This document shows positions 33,572 to 34,891 of a DNA stretch of 34,891 bases, piece after piece (positions within the stretch are counted from its first letter, which is position 1; the number at the start of each line of letters is the position of its first letter). The notes under the pieces are model-generated. The model ran no database searches, was not told where the DNA came from, and saw nothing but the letters and a program-made list of their open reading frames with translations. The stretch is from Rhizaria sp. SCN 62-66 (Eukaryota), in the NCBI GenBank assembly GCA_001724265.1, contig MEDY01000105.1, forward strand, positions 62,001 to 96,891, given 5' to 3'. A program made the translations under genes and the position numbers.

Positions 33572-34891
33572 CTTGATGGGTCTGTGCGAGCGCAAAGAAA
33601 ATAAAGAGAACAACGGGGGAGGAACAAGAGTCGAAGAGAGTGAGCGACGCCCAAGGCGGATATCAAGCAAAGAGCGCCGAGCGAATAGATTCGGTATCGC
33701 ACAGAACTGGCACATCTATAGACCAATACTAGAAGCGGTGGGTATGTAATGGCATGGCTATCAGAGCAAATCCATGTCGCAGGGAGGCAAGCAGAGAGGC
33801 CCTAATCGAAATGACTGCTCCTGGCCCGAAGCGTTGGCGGAAATGGCTTTCGAGTCGCTGAATGCTCTGCCACGACAGCGGAGCGCTACAAGGAGTGCCC
33901 AATAGGAAGATCTCCCATCGTTGCTTTCCTACCCATGCAGGCGGGTCACTTCCACTCACGTCACAAGCCATATGAGCGTAAACCGAGAGGGTTGCCCGAG
34001 GAGCAATAGACATGGCCGCGGTCGCAATGCGAAAAACGGTCGTCAGTGGACCGAAACAGCCACCGCAGAAAACCATGAAGCATTATTAGATAGATAATAC
34101 GTCATAATATCGTTACATCCTTAACAGATTGAATAGATGCCTCGCCTCACGTCAAAAAGTGCAAAAATTTCATCGCTGATCGCCTTGTCCACCCTGGTAC
34201 CCCCTTACACCACCAGCCCACGCCCTTACATTTCGGGGTGAGCCACCGCCGTGGCTATCTCACAGTCATTTGGGCGTGGTGTCGAGTCGGCCATTTGGGC
34301 GAGCTTTTTGAAAGACTATACCACAATTAATATTTTGTTGGGGGATTTGTTGGTCTATATCTGGATATACCATGCAACATACTGCGCTGTGGTGGAATTT
34401 ACACGTCTAACACTAATGCGGCAGCTTGATTCCCAATATGATCTTGCAACTGATTGTCTTGAATGGTTGACGGGGGCCGAGGATAATTGGCAAGATATAC
34501 CTCCTGTTTCCTTGTACGTGTAATGTAAATGGAATGTCAGTCGATTGGGAAGTGAGATCTAGTATTAATGAAACGTGTGTTTTATATTTGGGTCTGTTCG
34601 GTATTGTTGTCGCTCAAAAACTCAGAGTTAACACGATACGAAGCAGCATTCTCAAGACAGTGTAACTAACAAGATATACTAAAGTACTTACTAGTACAGT
34701 ATATGTTACGCACGAGATTTTACATAAAGGGACTCTCTCACAGGAAATCCACAGAGAAACGGCACCCAACGACCTCCTAATCTCCCTTTATTAGGGTGGT
34801 GTTTTCTGTGAACACACACAGAAGGATTCTGTCTTTAAAGTGTGTGTTTTCTGTGTTTAAAGTATCTGTTATCTGAATATAATTCGAATTA

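Noticed and set aside
34251-34523. 90-aa ORF in the terminal spacer
   Set aside because: GTG start, AT-rich codons unlike the real genes, and no motif.
34750-34870. Short direct and inverted motifs (GTGTTTTCTGTG at 34799 and 34844; CACAGAGAAAC at 34750) as a transposon end or CRISPR-like repeat
   Set aside because: Only two 12-nt copies, with no partner terminus, transposase or regular spacers visible within the window.

Overview
Gene-dense eukaryotic (protist-like) nuclear DNA, with GC-rich exons and AT/pyrimidine-rich introns and spacers. I resolve 11 protein-coding loci and 10 spliceosomal introns: a PH-RhoGAP (runs off the window start), a Pro/Gly-rich plus Cys-rich membrane protein, a calmodulin/myosin-light-chain-like EF-hand protein, NECAP, a large-subunit catalase, a possible MAPEG-like membrane protein, two inverted ALDH7 (antiquitin) paralogues flanking a Qa-syntaxin, RER1, and a ~3100-aa Sushi-repeat/REJ/GPS polycystin-1-like receptor. 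Four observations stand out. (1) All 10 complete genes end in TAA, while one in-frame TAG sits inside an otherwise continuous 765-codon frame, suggesting UAG reassignment or readthrough; this rests on a single codon. (2) Splice-acceptor-like sites lie just upstream of most start codons, suggesting spliced-leader trans-splicing or 5'-UTR introns. (3) The donor consensus is GTACGT, with +4 C in all ten introns. (4) Both ALDH7 copies carry three deletions each, all abutting tracts identical between the copies (two of them exactly 85 nt), most likely an assembly artefact on top of real gene conversion. No rRNA, tRNA, CRISPR array or recognisable mobile element was found. All family calls are by motif recognition, not database search.
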